A stretch of 61,664 nucleotides of DNA, filler included, from Asterionella formosa (GCA_002256025.1; 12 parts of 12 records of this genome joined end to end with filler, not necessarily neighbours in it); one strand, 5' to 3'. Counted from the first letter of the whole stretch, positions 48,278 through 60,770 are shown. Notes: a model not told the origin generated them from the sequence alone. Numbers and translations: made by a program.

Positions 48278-49786
48278 TCAGCATTTAGCCATGGCATCAA
48301 GCTCACCTTCATTGTTGTCATGTTCAAATGCCACAAGCTCTTGTAAATTTATGGCAGTGGTATTGTTTCCGTCATACTGTTTTGCTGCTGGTTTTCTGTT
48401 GTCTTCCTCTTCTGTAGTGTGTGTTGAAAGACTCAAGGCCATTGCCATGGCGATTGCTTCCCCTTCACTCTGAGGAATATCTCCCAGTGACCGACGACGC
48501 TGCATCCTGTGGTGATGGTCACTAGAGTGGTTGGAGCCTTCCCTATTGCGGCGATGCAAAGATCCACATTGCTGAGTATGCTTCATTGATCGATAATACT
48601 CTTTCTCAACTGATTGTTCATTCTTGGTAGGAGGCAAGGCTGCGAATCCGACAGTAGCGTCATATTCGTCTGGTGTTACTCTGGATGCTCCTGAAGTCGG
48701 CTCCTTCAATCGGCTCCGGGGCTTTATTGATTCAGCTAGACTCAGCACCAATGCTTTTTCCAAATCTGAATCTACACGTTGTCGACCATGTGCGCTCCGT
48801 TCCACCGCATTTTGAGGCGGGCTCTTTCTTTGGTCTCGTCCATGTGCACTTAGGTCGGTCGCATAATTATGTGGGCTCCTGCTTCGCTCCCTTCCGTGAG
48901 CGCTTCGATCTGCCGCGCGATGTGGTGGACTCTTACTTTTGTCTCGTCCGTGTGCGCTTCGTTCTGCTGCGAGATGAGGTGGGCTCTTGCTTTCGACTCT
49001 TCCGTGTGCACTTCGTTCTGTGTCATGAGAAGGTGGGCTCCTGCTATCGTGTCTTCTGTGCGCGCTCTGTTCCAGTGGTTGACCCAGCGAAAGGGAAATA
49101 GCCATGGCAAGTTCCAAATCATCATCGGAATGACTCTTTTGAAGATTACCACTGTGAAAGTGAACTCTGCGATTAGAATATTCTTCATCGAATCCTTCCG
49201 CTGATTTCCGTAAGTGCCCACTTGACTGTGCGATCGACTCCGCCAGCGCTTCCTGCATGGCTGGATCCAAATTGCTATTATACTTTGGCTTTTTCTTGGC
49301 CTCCGCAATGAACGAATTCGCCTTGTATTGTATGCGAGAGTGTCCCTTGGTTCCGTCCATGGCGCTTTTGTTTTCGCTAGCTTCAGATTGAGTGATTGTT
49401 TTGTTCCCTCGCCTGAACAATCCTCCGAGTAAACCCTTCTTCTTGACTTCGGTAGAATCGTTCACTTCGCCAATTACAATTTGCAATTCATTCAGTTGCA
49501 CCTTGGCCATTTTTCTCATTTCTTCGCTGGCTTCCTTGATCGTTCCTGCACCACTTGGCGGTTCGCCCCATACCCTTTCATTCGTTCGAATATTAGTGAA
49601 GTACGAACGAATACTAAGCTTGTTGTTCACTTCGCAAACGGCCAAGGTTTCCTGCCAGGTATCGCCATCGGATTGGTTGAATTTGGCACCAGATACATGA
49701 TTGGAGCGCCGGGCAACAAATCCATCGGTGGTATCCTCGGGATCATTTGACCTCGACGTTCCGGGTGGCTGTTTCTTTGAAGTCAT
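48278..49786 (-). CDS. WW-like domain protein with 4 UIM-like motifs and 18-aa repeats
   Basis: WQE...SYFTN..T.ERVWGEPP. UIM-like motifs DPAMQEALAES, DDDLELAMAISL, DSDLEKALVLSL and EGEAIAMAMALSL. Repeats ERSAHGRxxSKSPPxxAA. Confidence 0.8.
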   Translation of the reverse strand: MTSKKQPPGTSRSNDPEDTTDGFVARRSNHVSGAKFNQSDGDTWQETLAVCEVNNKLSIRSYFTNIRTNERVWGEPPSGAGTIKEASEEMRKMAKVQLNELQIVIGEVNDSTEVKKKGLLGGLFRRGNKTITQSEASENKSAMDGTKGHSRIQYKANSFIAEAKKKPKYNSNLDPAMQEALAESIAQSSGHLRKSAEGFDEEYSNRRVHFHSGNLQKSHSDDDLELAMAISLSLGQPLEQSAHRRHDSRSPPSHDTERSAHGRVESKSPPHLAAERSAHGRDKSKSPPHRAADRSAHGRERSRSPHNYATDLSAHGRDQRKSPPQNAVERSAHGRQRVDSDLEKALVLSLAESIKPRSRLKEPTSGASRVTPDEYDATVGFAALPPTKNEQSVEKEYYRSMKHTQQCGSLHRRNREGSNHSSDHHHRMQRRRSLGDIPQSEGEAIAMAMALSLSTHTTEEEDNRKPAAKQYDGNNTTAINLQELVAFEHDNNEGELDAMAKC

Positions 49787-51488
49787 CGTGATACTTCTTT
49801 GTTAACGGCGAAACGATGCACTGATGCCAAAAAAATAAACGCGGAGGAAGGAGTACATAGTAATTAATTAAGAATGGTGAATGCCTGAGCGAGTTTCAAA
49901 TTGGTCCAACGAGGATGATGCTTCTTCCCTTTCAAACGGTACAAGTAAAAACTGGTTTAGCTACATAAGCTACCTGGTACTGGTACCAGGTACCTGGTAC
50001 AAGGGTACCCTGGTACCAGATCGTTCTTGTTGTCGTGCTTAGTAACTACCTGGTACCGTAACTGCAAGCGCTGGTGCTAGTACCAGGTACAATCATAGAC
50101 GCTAACGGTGCCATTGTGGTATACCGCGGCTGTAGCCGCTTTGCCTTGGACTTCCGTTTACTACACAACTCTTATGTGGTGGGCTAAGTAGACACCTAGT
50201 GTAGGTGGTAACGCTGTTTGATGGTGGCAATGGCGGGTTTATGCTGTGTTCCACTTGATGAGATAAACGAGTCCGAAAACGATGAGTGAGAAACATCGGA
50301 AGAAAATCAAATTACATTTGTTGAGGCAACTAGGCTGACATTTTATGATCTTCATGTTCAATATTGATTAAAATGTTATACTCTAAATAAATATAGCTTG
50401 CTTTCACCCTTTTCTGCAGTTGAACTCTTATTTCAGTGCAATTCTGTACACAATCCTAATTTAAATGCTGAATGTATGATAGACTAGTTTGCACCATAGC
50501 GATGAAGCGATTTTGAACTGGCTATTACAATATGCATCGTCCTCTAATGCTCTGGAGACAACCATCACAACTATGCTGGTCAATTGTTTTCCAATGCAAG
50601 CTTGCAGTGATGAGTGTCAAGTCCACTTCTGCCGCAACAACCACAGCAAACAAATTTAATATTTGTCTTGACAAATTGTTGCAGGAATTCATCAGTCCTT
50701 CGAAGCCACATGCAACCTTCACAATAGTCAAATGTCTGCATTTTCCAGGTTGGTAGTATAGCCTAGCTAAAACTTCATCACCAAGTTTCACAAAAAATTT
50801 AGTTGAGCCTCTCAACAAATGCCTATAGTACTTTATGTTACTCCTTTCTTAATTTGGAAAATCAGTCATTGAGATACCCCTCGAGCACAATATAGCCCAA
50901 GAAAACCACTATCAGCGTTAAATCAACCAGCTGATCGACAATTGTGGTGCTTTTGGTTGCATTGCTGGTGAACTAATGAACAGTTATAATGATAACAAAC
51001 TATAGAATTTAATGATTAGATACTATTATATGTTTCAAGGCACTTTGACAATCTGATTGATCTGTAGGCCATTGTTTGCTAGGGCAATTTGCATGCAGCA
51101 GCATTTCCAAAAATTGACCTCCCAACAATCCATCTGCAAATCTCGATTTGTCACCACACCTTCGCCTGACGATAATACTTTGTCGAACCAAACTCAATTG
51201 TTTACATAATTTGTCAGCTAACCCCAAATAAAAGGCTGATTAGCTTTCAGACCGTGTGAAATATTCTTCTTCATTGTGACGATAGATTTTATCCAACAAC
51301 TCAAAACATAATGCTGGCGGTCCTTGGCTGTTCATACAAGCTGTTCTTCGTCTCACGATGACCAAATTACCTAGCAAATCAAAACAGTNNNNNNNNNNNN
51401 NNNNNNNNNNNNNNNNNNNNNNNNNNNNNNNNTTAATTAATTAANNNNNNNNNNNNNNNNNNNNNNNNNNNNNNNNNNNNNNNNNNNN

Positions 51489-51747
51489 TTAGGGCATGAC
51501 CGAACTTTTCATAGCAATGGAAGCATGTTGTTTTGAACTGAATATCTGCGTCTTCCTGCAAATGATCACAAAGAGCATGAATGCTATACCCACTTCCAGG
51601 GCATTTATGTGCAGTTGACCTTGGTAGCTCCTTCACTTTGCATCTCTCTTGAGAAGCACAAACTATTTCTTCATTGTCTGACATAATATTTTGATGTGGT
51701 GGTGGGTCGCTTTTATAGTTATATTGTTGATTGCTGTTGTCCTCCAT
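51489..51747 (-). CDS. Cys/His-rich (PHD-like) N-terminal fragment, probably TE-associated; truncated
   Basis: CASQERC..HKCPG...IHALC...CFHC. Confidence 0.4.
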
Positions 51748-52109
51748 TGATGTCCATAATTGAGTCGGAACCCCTACTGTAGTTATTAGAAGTACTGGTA
51801 GTTGTCATGCAGCATCTATTGTCAAATGTGAATCTTAGGATTTTTTTGGGCGGGGGGGGGGGAGTCTCCCCAAAAATCCACTCCTGACATGATCGCATTA
51901 AATATACGTGCAAAAAGCTATGGCTGGGTGCATGAAGACTAAACTTTGGGTAGCCATAGTAGAGCTGAGATGTTGCTTAGTTTCTTAGCTTTCGATTGGA
52001 TGCAGACTCCATCATGTCATTTACACTTGCTTTGTACCTTCCGACAATGGTGCTGAATATTTCCAGATCTACTTTGTCTCTCATGTGCACCAATAGCTGT
52101 ATCTGACCA

Positions 52110-54840
52110 TCGTGACCATCAAGAGCAAAAGAGACATTGGTACAAATGGCAAACAATGTACCCATCCGTTTATATCGACTTGTTTCAAGGCTGCTATAAG
52201 CGAACATGCACTTCATGACTGCTGGCCACGGGCAGACCAATTGCAGCTATACATGCTCCAGAAATACTCAATTGACGATACAGCACAGTTTAACTTAGCC
52301 TTGATGATAAGTCTTTAACAAGGTGCTTCCTCTCATGAGTTCTGCACCCAACATTCTGGAGATTCAAGGTGGCCAACAAGTGCAGCAGGTATACAGGCAT
52401 TCCTTCCAAAATCGAAAATGTCGCTATCTCTTCTTGGTTACCACCAAATTGAAAGTCGTTCCTAACCTCCCTTCTTCACGACAGTTGAAAGCGTCGTCAC
52501 GGGAGCAAGATTGTGTATTGACAAGGCTTTTAGCAGGCAGTCAGAGTAAGCCAATGTCAACAAAAAGTTCTGAACAAGAAATTATAATGATGGATGATGC
52601 TGTCAACAATGGCAATGGAGATGAATTGCAACTACCAAAAAAGCTAAAGAGGAGCAATGAATCATCAGAACCAATTATAATTCTTCCTGCTGAACATCAT
52701 CAGATGAAAACGGATGCTGTTATATGGTGGCATTCCGGAGATGCTTGAAAGTTATTTGCTCCAACAAATGTATATGGGAATGGTGCAGTTGTCCGGAACA
52801 TTGTCCTTGAGATAATAGACATTATGGAGGATGTGAACCATGATTGGGACAACTGGAGAAAGTTGGTATATGATGGTGACTCAAATAATATCTGCTCCTG
52901 TCCAGATATCTTCACAATTCGCTTTCGAAGTATGTATTTGGCACATACAATGGAGAATTTTGTGGAAAATGTACAGGCCACATTGCAAGTCAGTCAACAT
53001 GACAGCATTCACTGATAAATGCAATACATCATCACATGAATGACATGGGAATTGAGATTTACTGTAACTTTGATACTTTGTCCCAATGGCATTGCAGATT
53101 TGCTTTGAATAGAACATTTTTCAGCAAGCCACCAGAGCCTAAGGATGCTAGGCTGTGTTGCTCCTTTCTCGACAACCCGTATTTAATGGAAGTATTCAAG
53201 TTGCATGGCACCCAGAATGTTAAGGATTTGCGGTTTGAATTACTAATGCATGAGTTTGTTGTGGATCAACTTGTCCCAGAATTATCTTCAAGCAAGGCTT
53301 AAGATTGAAGTTGATGATGGGGTTACTAAAACTTTGACAAATGAAGAAATATCTGCCTTGTATCATGCATCATATGGTCTAACAACTCTTAGCATTACTA
53401 CTATATCTAGATGGATGCATGCTGTTGGATTTAGATACAAAAAACGTGAGAAGCATTACTTTGTGGATGGGTTTGAGAGACCTGAAACAATAGCATACAG
53501 GCCTATTATTTTCACAAACAAACAATACCTTTCCTTTGAGTTGCGCACACACAAATGGAATCAAATTACAAAGGTAGATTCTAAGCTATTAGAAATCAAT
53601 GTTGATATTGCAGAGAATTGTGGCTTTTACTATAACACTGATGATGGAGTTGAGATGGTTGAGTACCATGTTGATGCAAACTAAAAGATTCAAGACAAGA
53701 TCGATGAGCTCCCATTTGGAGGCAACCTAGGAAAGTTCGGAATCTAGACCTGTAATGTTCATTAGACAAGATGAGGCTATATATACTAAAGAGTTTGGAT
53801 TGTTCCTAAGGGAGAGCGGCCACTACTTCCAAAGGATGAAGGTACAGGCTCAATGATTTCTCCATTTTTCTGTCATGAACATGGTGGGCTACTCCAACAA
53901 TAACCAATGAATATGCTTGCTGAAATAAACCTTCTTCGCCTTGGGAAGAACTATGCAGACATGGAAGCTGCAATTGAAGTGGATGGTGGATGACAAAAGA
54001 AACCATTGACAGCAGAAAAGTCTCCATTTGTTGTTGTTGTGTTTTTATATGGAGAAAATCGAAAGGCATACTGGAACTACGCCCACATGGTGGTGCTCCA
54101 GTTTGAAGATGCTGTTGATGTTCTGCAGGTGCTCTACCCCACATTCGACTTTGTCTTTCTATTTGATCACAATGCTGGTCACTGCAAGCAACAAGTTGAT
54201 GGCCTCAATCAGCTCCATAAGAATGATTTTTTGGTGGAAGGAACTCTGCAATGAGAGAAATGGTCATTGAAAGAGAGCAAGGATTTTTTTGCCCATTCCC
54301 ATGTACACTGAATGTTGGAACATGCAGCAAATGAATTTCGAAAATGGCCATGTTGTTCCATTCTGGATGTCGCCAAGCAACACAAAGGGAAGCAACACGA
54401 CATCATGACCTTCAACTAGGAACTACCTCTACCAATGAAAGAAATCTTTCAGCCTTGGAATTAGACCTTAACACCTAAGGGATCAATACCAAGGGAAAGA
54501 ACAAGAAGGAGTTAGTTCAACCATGTGTTTGCTTTGCATGAAATTCCTACAGTCACCATCATACTGTTGAAATTTTTCCAGAAAGATGGGAATGAAGAGC
54601 AAAGGGTTCGCCCCAAGTTCTTTGGGAAAGAGGATTCATTGACAGCACAAACCTAAACAAATATAAACTTAATGGGAAGAGAGAACTCAGAATTGTCAAA
54701 AATGTCAACAGCTAGAGACACCACATCATGATGGTAACTAATGTGTGCTGACTTTAAATGAAGAGGGCATGCTGCAATACATTGCAACCAAGATTGGTAT
54801 CACAGTACTCCTGACACCGAAATGTCATGCTGAACCTACA
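52110..54840 (+). pseudogene. Large degenerate IS630/Tc1-like DDE transposase
   Basis: TISRWMHAVGFRY..KHYFVDGFERP, RQDE, LLPKDEG, YWNYAHM..QFEDAVDVL..FVFLFDHNAGH, QVLWERGFID and LLTPKCHAE, spread over many frames. Confidence 0.75.
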
Positions 54841-55105
54841 AAGAATAAATAGGGTTGCACAGCATGCTTGTCAGAACCTAATTGCTTGTTTTACCATGCC
54901 ATTGATTCAGGTCAAGTTGACCAACCACAGACTCAACAAGAAGGCTATTCCAAATATGGCCCTGTTGCATTGACACAGCTCATCAATGAGTTCAAGACAC
55001 ATTGATGTGCCTTTGACTTTGACAACAAGTACATTTGGAGTGTGGTGAATTATGGTTGATGGTGTTGAGTTTCCTGTTGCATCAATCCTTTTACATACTA
55101 GATGT

Positions 55106-56527
55106 ATCAAAGTTATAGGATAAACGAATCTAAATTTTTTTTGATTAAAGGTCATAGTTTAAACCGGAGTAGTTGCTCATGCATGCAACCCCTTCCTCCC
55201 TCTGTATACAGTACAGAAGTGATAACCCCCAAGCTACCAAATTTTTATGTTTTGTAAGAATTATCGCAGCATGCATGCATACATGACTCCTACTGGTATA
55301 TACAATGCGGAAATGATGACCACCAGACTACCAATCCTATAAGTCCTGTAGAATTATCGCAACATGGCTGCATATCTAATGAAAGGGCGGGAGGAGTCAT
55401 CCATGCACCTGCATAGTATGAAATATGGAAATGATCAAATATAGCTAGTCTACACAAGGAGCAGTGCATCATATATGCCCTGTTATTTTAATTCCTATGA
55501 AATCTCGCTCTTGATCTGTTCTGCGCTTTTTCGCCACCACAATTGTTTTCATTGGCTGTTTCACTGGACAGCATTCGAATTGATTGTGCTTTGAACGAAG
55601 CAATGATCAAAGTCCACCCCAATGCAGAATGGTGAGTCTCACAACTAAGTATCAGCCAGTCGATTATAATTCGACTGTCTTTTGTGCACCCTTGTTGTGC
55701 TTGTACTTGACTTGGCAGCTGTCAGCCAAGAGCAGCCATGGCATGCCACCATTTATTGTCTATACAAGTTTCGAATGCGTTCAGCTATGATAACTTTTGC
55801 TCCCCCCTCCTAAACACTATCTCACAACGCACCCTTGTCATAGATTTTTCTTTATCCTTTGGCTTCACAGGCCCAGGTCACTCAATGCCTTCATCTGCAA
55901 GGAGTTCAGCCAAGCAGGTCCACGTTGGCGTCAAGAAAACCTCAACCCCGATTTTCCTCACATGCTCCACCCATTGACTTCTTCATTGATGAAGTCGAGG
56001 TAGCTATACTGACGACATCAGGTGGCGCAGGCTTGTGTATAGATTGATGATGCTGAATGCATTGCTTCCTTTTCCCGTAGGTACCTATTTGTCAACATTG
56101 TTTGGGTCAATCTATTCTTGTTCCCGCAAGGAGACCAGAAGCAATTATCCCTTTACTTCTCCTCCCAAGAACCTTCATTTCTCTTTCACAATTGTCCTGA
56201 TGATGTTTGCAGAGCACCATTTTTAGTTCCCTTGTTTTGATTTTTCCACTGGTTTCGATCCCTTTTGCATTCAAGCAACTCATTGAGATTTCTGGAGGTC
56301 TCGGTCAGTGGCACCATAAAGCAACAATCAACAGATCATGGCGGCTGTTCTACATTTTCTGTAGCAAGTGACATTCAAGAAGGGACTGGGATCATTGGGA
56401 AGAAAAATTAGCAGGATTCTCTGTGTTTGCCCCCGCCCGCTTGGCAGCCATTCTACCATTGCTTCCTCTCAATCAATACTAGTATAGCTAATGAAAACCG
56501 TAATTGGATGAAATGTGACTTCCGGTT
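55106..56527. mobile_element. ~1.42-kb dispersed repeat (copy 2), cut by contig end
   Basis: Homologous to 37165-38600 throughout. Confidence 0.82.
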
Positions 56528-56650
56528 NNNNNNNNNNNNNNNNNNNNNNNNNNNNNNNNNNNNNNNNNNNNTTAATTAATTAANNNNNNNNNNNNNNNNN
56601 NNNNNNNNNNNNNNNNNNNNNNNNNNNAACTTTATGATATGCACTCCAAT

Positions 56651-59600
56651 CTAAGATGCTATTAATGAGTCGAAGTCCCTTTCTATGATTTGAACTTTAT
56701 GATATGCTCCCCAATCTACGTAGCACTTAACAGCACGGTCAAAAAATGGTCGGGCATTGATACCAAGTTCATGCAGCACAAAACACGCACGTTCATTAGC
56801 AAAACCTTCGTAGTTGACAAACCCATTGCTAGCTGACAAATCAATGGCATGTTTGTATGCTTGCAATACCTTGTTTGCGTCATTCGAAGTCAAAGCCATT
56901 CGCTCTGCTTCCAAGACAGCTAGAAATAGCAATGCAGTTGGATATCCTTTATTTTTCAACATTCGAAAATACCTTTGGACTTTATCACCACGTTGTTGAT
57001 AATTGTTGCGTTGCTGAGAACCATTAATAGCAGTCAATGCCAACCCATAGAAAGTCAGTCCAGAGTAGAAATGCAACCAGACAACAATGAAGTGACCCTT
57101 GAAAGTAGTTTTATGTACTTCAAGTTTTGCAACCATGTCTTCGGCAGTGGCAAGATGACCACAGTGAAATGCTGTCACAAGTTTTGAGAGCCAAGAAAAT
57201 AATACAACAATATTTTGTTGCGATCTATCTCTTGCCGCCATGGTTGCCTTGTTTGTTGCATCAGACTGCCACAGAAGTGGTTGGTTCTCATGGTCAGGAG
57301 ACCCCATAAGTGATGTGATCGCCCACCAAAATTGTTGCAATATATCCAGGGAGTGCGCTTGCTTGTAAGACTGCATGCTTTCACATAGAATTTGGCACTC
57401 TTTGTCCAATGTTTGCAGATTCTTTCCACAGTGAAATGAGGCAATGATATACAAAACTGCCGCTTTTGTAGCAGAATCCATGTCTCCTTGAGCTATGCCA
57501 ATTCGAAATGCTTTCCTCAAGTGTTCGACAGAGTCAGGTAGGGATAGTTTCCAATGCATTGCATAGGGAACTGAAATTATCATGGTTAGGCATGTTGTTT
57601 TGGTAGCACAGAGTTTGTTCATTAATTTGAGAGCGAGCATGCCAAAACGACTTGCGCTTTCTGTATTTCCCAACTTTGATTCTATTGCCCCATAAGCAGC
57701 AATTGCAGGTGGTGTCATATCTGAAACACCTTTCTGGAGTGACAGCTGGAAAATTTTTAGGATAGCTAACGCCCTTAGGTTCATTTCTCCTTCAAAAAGG
57801 GCTGCTGTCATGATTTTGGTGAGGATGGTTGTGATCATGACAACTTCTACATTGTTGGCAAGCAATGGTATCGACATGATGAACTCGTCTGATTTCCTAC
57901 CAAGCATTTGCTTGATCTTAAGGATTTGACAAAAAAGGGTAAAATTTGATGGCTTTCTTTTAATCTTCATTCCCAGCATTCGAAGAATGGAAAGTCCCTT
58001 TTCAATTGATTGCATTTGCATCGCTTGAGCATTGAGAGCATCAATTTCTGCATAGTAAGCACATGCTTTATCCTCAATGGTTCGGCCATTTTTCAGTATG
58101 CTTTTGACCATCATATTACTACTTTCAAAGTCCCCAATGCAATAAGTGGTTATTGCAGAAAGGCCGTGCATCTCCAGGCAAAGATCATAGTGTATATTCC
58201 ACATGGTCTCTGGGTCCAGAAGCCTGATGGCGCATTGCAAATAATCTGAGGCACTCAAATATGTAGATTTCTCGCTTATTGCAAGCTTTGCTGCGGAGAG
58301 GTTGAGTCGTGATAACTCGACCAGATCGTTTACCTCCTCCAAGCATGATGAGGCATGATTGAGGTGGTACACAATGGCAAACAGAAAATCGTTCGATTTC
58401 GGCAGCATGGATTCTCTAATTCGCCTGCCAATTCTCAAATGAATCATTGTTCGCTCCTGTCCTTCAGGAATGGAATCATAGAGGACGGTCTGAAGGTAGT
58501 CATGCACAAACTTCATCTTGATTCCAGCATCATCACACTTTTCGATAATACCCTCTGCAGTTGCCGCATGCAGAATTCTATCCACCATCTCATGATATTG
58601 CTGTGCTTCAATTCGGGAAGTGATGCCATCATCTCCAACATCACTTCTAGGCAAAATTGGGCTAACATCTTCGTGCTCGGAAATCACAATGGCTTTCAAT
58701 TCATCAATACCAAAGTGAAAGCCAAGATAGGCAGCATACACCAGTACAGCTCTCACATTGGCATGGAGCCGATTCAACCTTTTACAGATAATACTGACAA
58801 CATTGGACGAAACATTGGTCTCGTTTTGAATTTTCTCTATATCAATAAACAACGAGGAATCGGTTTGAACCATGAATCCTCTGTCAAGTAACTCATCCAG
58901 AAATTCAAGCACAAAGAAAGGATTTCCCAACGTTTTCTTCCATATGCATTTGCTCAGTACCATAGATTCTTCAGCAGCTGTCATTTCCAGTTGATCGAGA
59001 ATCAATTCATGAACTGACACAACATCAAGATTACCAATCAATATCGTTGTCAAATCCATCCTTTTCACTTGATCGGAACATTGAAAGATCTCTTCAACCT
59101 TTGCCATGTTCAATTCATTCCCCCTATAGCCAAATACTAGGAGAACATGGTGGCTTCTGATGTCCGTCATGAGGTCTCGAATCACATGCATGGATTCTGG
59201 ATCCGCCCATTGAATGTCATCAAGGAATATACACAATGGGCTCTCCTTAGTGGCAACAACTCCTAACAATTTCCGAAAGGCCAGTGAAAGTTTGGAAATA
59301 ATGTAAATCATGTTAAAATTCACTTCCTCCTTTGAATTTTTCGTGTGTTCAATTAGTAATGATAAGTTCGGGATTAACTTGCAAAGCAAATCAGCTTCAT
59401 CTCCAAGGGCTTCCTTTATGTAGTTTCTTCGCGACTGGGAATCTTCTGTTAGACATATGATTTCAGCCAAGTCATTGAACGCGTTCACAATAGCGCTGAA
59501 GGGTTTGTCCAGCCTAAGCTGGTCATACTTTCCAGCTACAAAGTAACCATTAGACTCGGTCGAAGTCACAGGGCCTCGAAGGGACTCGGCGACTTTGCTC

Positions 59601-59929
59601 TTTCCTGTCCCTGCTTCACCTGAAATAAGGACCACCTCAGAAGGTCCATTTCTGGCACGTGTAAATGCATCGAATAGGATGCTCACTTCTCTGGTTCTCC
59701 CGTAGAGACGAGCGGTACGGCTGAAGCGCGCCCAGCCCTCTGCGCCATTGTTATAAAACCAATCAGAATCATGACCGACAGTACCAGACAAGGAGCTAAT
59801 GGTGCTGGCTCGATCGTCATCTGCCTCACTGGTCGTAACATTCCTTATGTTGATTGACATCTGACCAGGTGATGATTCCGAAACTGAATTCGATTGTGGC
59901 GCTTCACAATTCAGCATGATATGGTTCAT
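56651..59929 (-). CDS. STAND-class / AAA_16 (COG3899-like) ATPase with C-terminal TPR-like helical region
   Basis: LYGRTRE, Walker A GEAGTGKS, Walker B IFLDDIQWAD, KTLGNPFF, FVHDYLQ and terminal WGAYHKV. First ATG at 59929. Confidence 0.9.
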   Translation of the reverse strand: MNHIMLNCEAPQSNSVSESSPGQMSINIRNVTTSEADDDRASTISSLSGTVGHDSDWFYNNGAEGWARFSRTARLYGRTREVSILFDAFTRARNGPSEVVLISGEAGTGKSKVAESLRGPVTSTESNGYFVAGKYDQLRLDKPFSAIVNAFNDLAEIICLTEDSQSRRNYIKEALGDEADLLCKLIPNLSLLIEHTKNSKEEVNFNMIYIISKLSLAFRKLLGVVATKESPLCIFLDDIQWADPESMHVIRDLMTDIRSHHVLLVFGYRGNELNMAKVEEIFQCSDQVKRMDLTTILIGNLDVVSVHELILDQLEMTAAEESMVLSKCIWKKTLGNPFFVLEFLDELLDRGFMVQTDSSLFIDIEKIQNETNVSSNVVSIICKRLNRLHANVRAVLVYAAYLGFHFGIDELKAIVISEHEDVSPILPRSDVGDDGITSRIEAQQYHEMVDRILHAATAEGIIEKCDDAGIKMKFVHDYLQTVLYDSIPEGQERTMIHLRIGRRIRESMLPKSNDFLFAIVYHLNHASSCLEEVNDLVELSRLNLSAAKLAISEKSTYLSASDYLQCAIRLLDPETMWNIHYDLCLEMHGLSAITTYCIGDFESSNMMVKSILKNGRTIEDKACAYYAEIDALNAQAMQMQSIEKGLSILRMLGMKIKRKPSNFTLFCQILKIKQMLGRKSDEFIMSIPLLANNVEVVMITTILTKIMTAALFEGEMNLRALAILKIFQLSLQKGVSDMTPPAIAAYGAIESKLGNTESASRFGMLALKLMNKLCATKTTCLTMIISVPYAMHWKLSLPDSVEHLRKAFRIGIAQGDMDSATKAAVLYIIASFHCGKNLQTLDKECQILCESMQSYKQAHSLDILQQFWWAITSLMGSPDHENQPLLWQSDATNKATMAARDRSQQNIVVLFSWLSKLVTAFHCGHLATAEDMVAKLEVHKTTFKGHFIVVWLHFYSGLTFYGLALTAINGSQQRNNYQQRGDKVQRYFRMLKNKGYPTALLFLAVLEAERMALTSNDANKVLQAYKHAIDLSASNGFVNYEGFANERACFVLHELGINARPFFDRAVKCYVDWGAYHKVQIIERDFDSLIAS

Positions 59930-60142
59930 TTGCACAAAACAGTACGATTTTCGCCGGAACCCTTGTTTGGTGCCTGTTCTCTGTTGTCGCCTTCGTTAGA
60001 GCATCGACACCGCATCGACACCGCATCGACCAAAATCAAAGCCAATTGCAGTTGGGAATCATTACACGTCATGATGCGTTGTCTTGGTCGAAAAAGCAAT
60101 ATGCTTTGGTCTTGATTGAGGATGACCCCCATCTCGACCAAA

Positions 60143-60243
60143 TATCAGCAAGTTGCGGTAATTTTGCTGAACCAAGGATTTAGCTGTTTTTATCCCATAT
60201 CGAATTGTTTATTTAAGCAAAATGACCGCATCTCGTTGTTGTA
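60143..60243 (+). mobile_element. ~100-bp MITE, copy C (diverged ends)
   Basis: TATCAGCAAGTTGCGGTAATTTTGCTGAA...TTAAGCAAAATGACCGCA, with an interior homologous to copies A and B. Confidence 0.78.
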
Positions 60244-60770
60244 CTTTCAACCAGCGGTCATTTTCCTGATACGGACAACATGTTACCGGACATCGACATA
60301 TTTTATAACGTAGAAAGAACATCTTCTATTCATAGCACTATTCAGCGAAATAAATAGCGGAATTCTTTTTAATTGCAAAAATCGACCAACGGCAGGCAGG
60401 ATAGAGTGAGAATTATAATTGTGAGGACGAAATCGGGCATACGGTACGTACCGGTGATATCAATCAATATGTGAGCGATATAATTTAACATTCTAAGTCT
60501 CGTAAAAATAATACAGAGTCTACAGCAATAATATAATAACGTGTTCAAAGTAAGCGTGAAAGTTAAGCTTAAACCATGCATGGTTGTTTCGAGTACCACG
60601 TACGTATGTAGGCTAGATGACTACTGGACGAATATCCATTAAGCATCATCACATGTATGACCGCAGCTAAAATTTGCTGCCAACATCAGATGTACCAATA
60701 TCATTGTTTGTCCGAAAAAATTTGGACGATGCAAGTAGTACATTAATCTCATGAGAAGACAAGCAATCCA

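Noticed and set aside
50500..51388. Short ORFs as a TE or gene relic (also 33830-34900, 36067-37100)
   Set aside because: I found no motif I can support.
15470..59929. ARM-LRR, CRN-like relic and STAND ATPase as one linked defence island
   Set aside because: They are on different contigs. Only the two ARM genes are physically linked.
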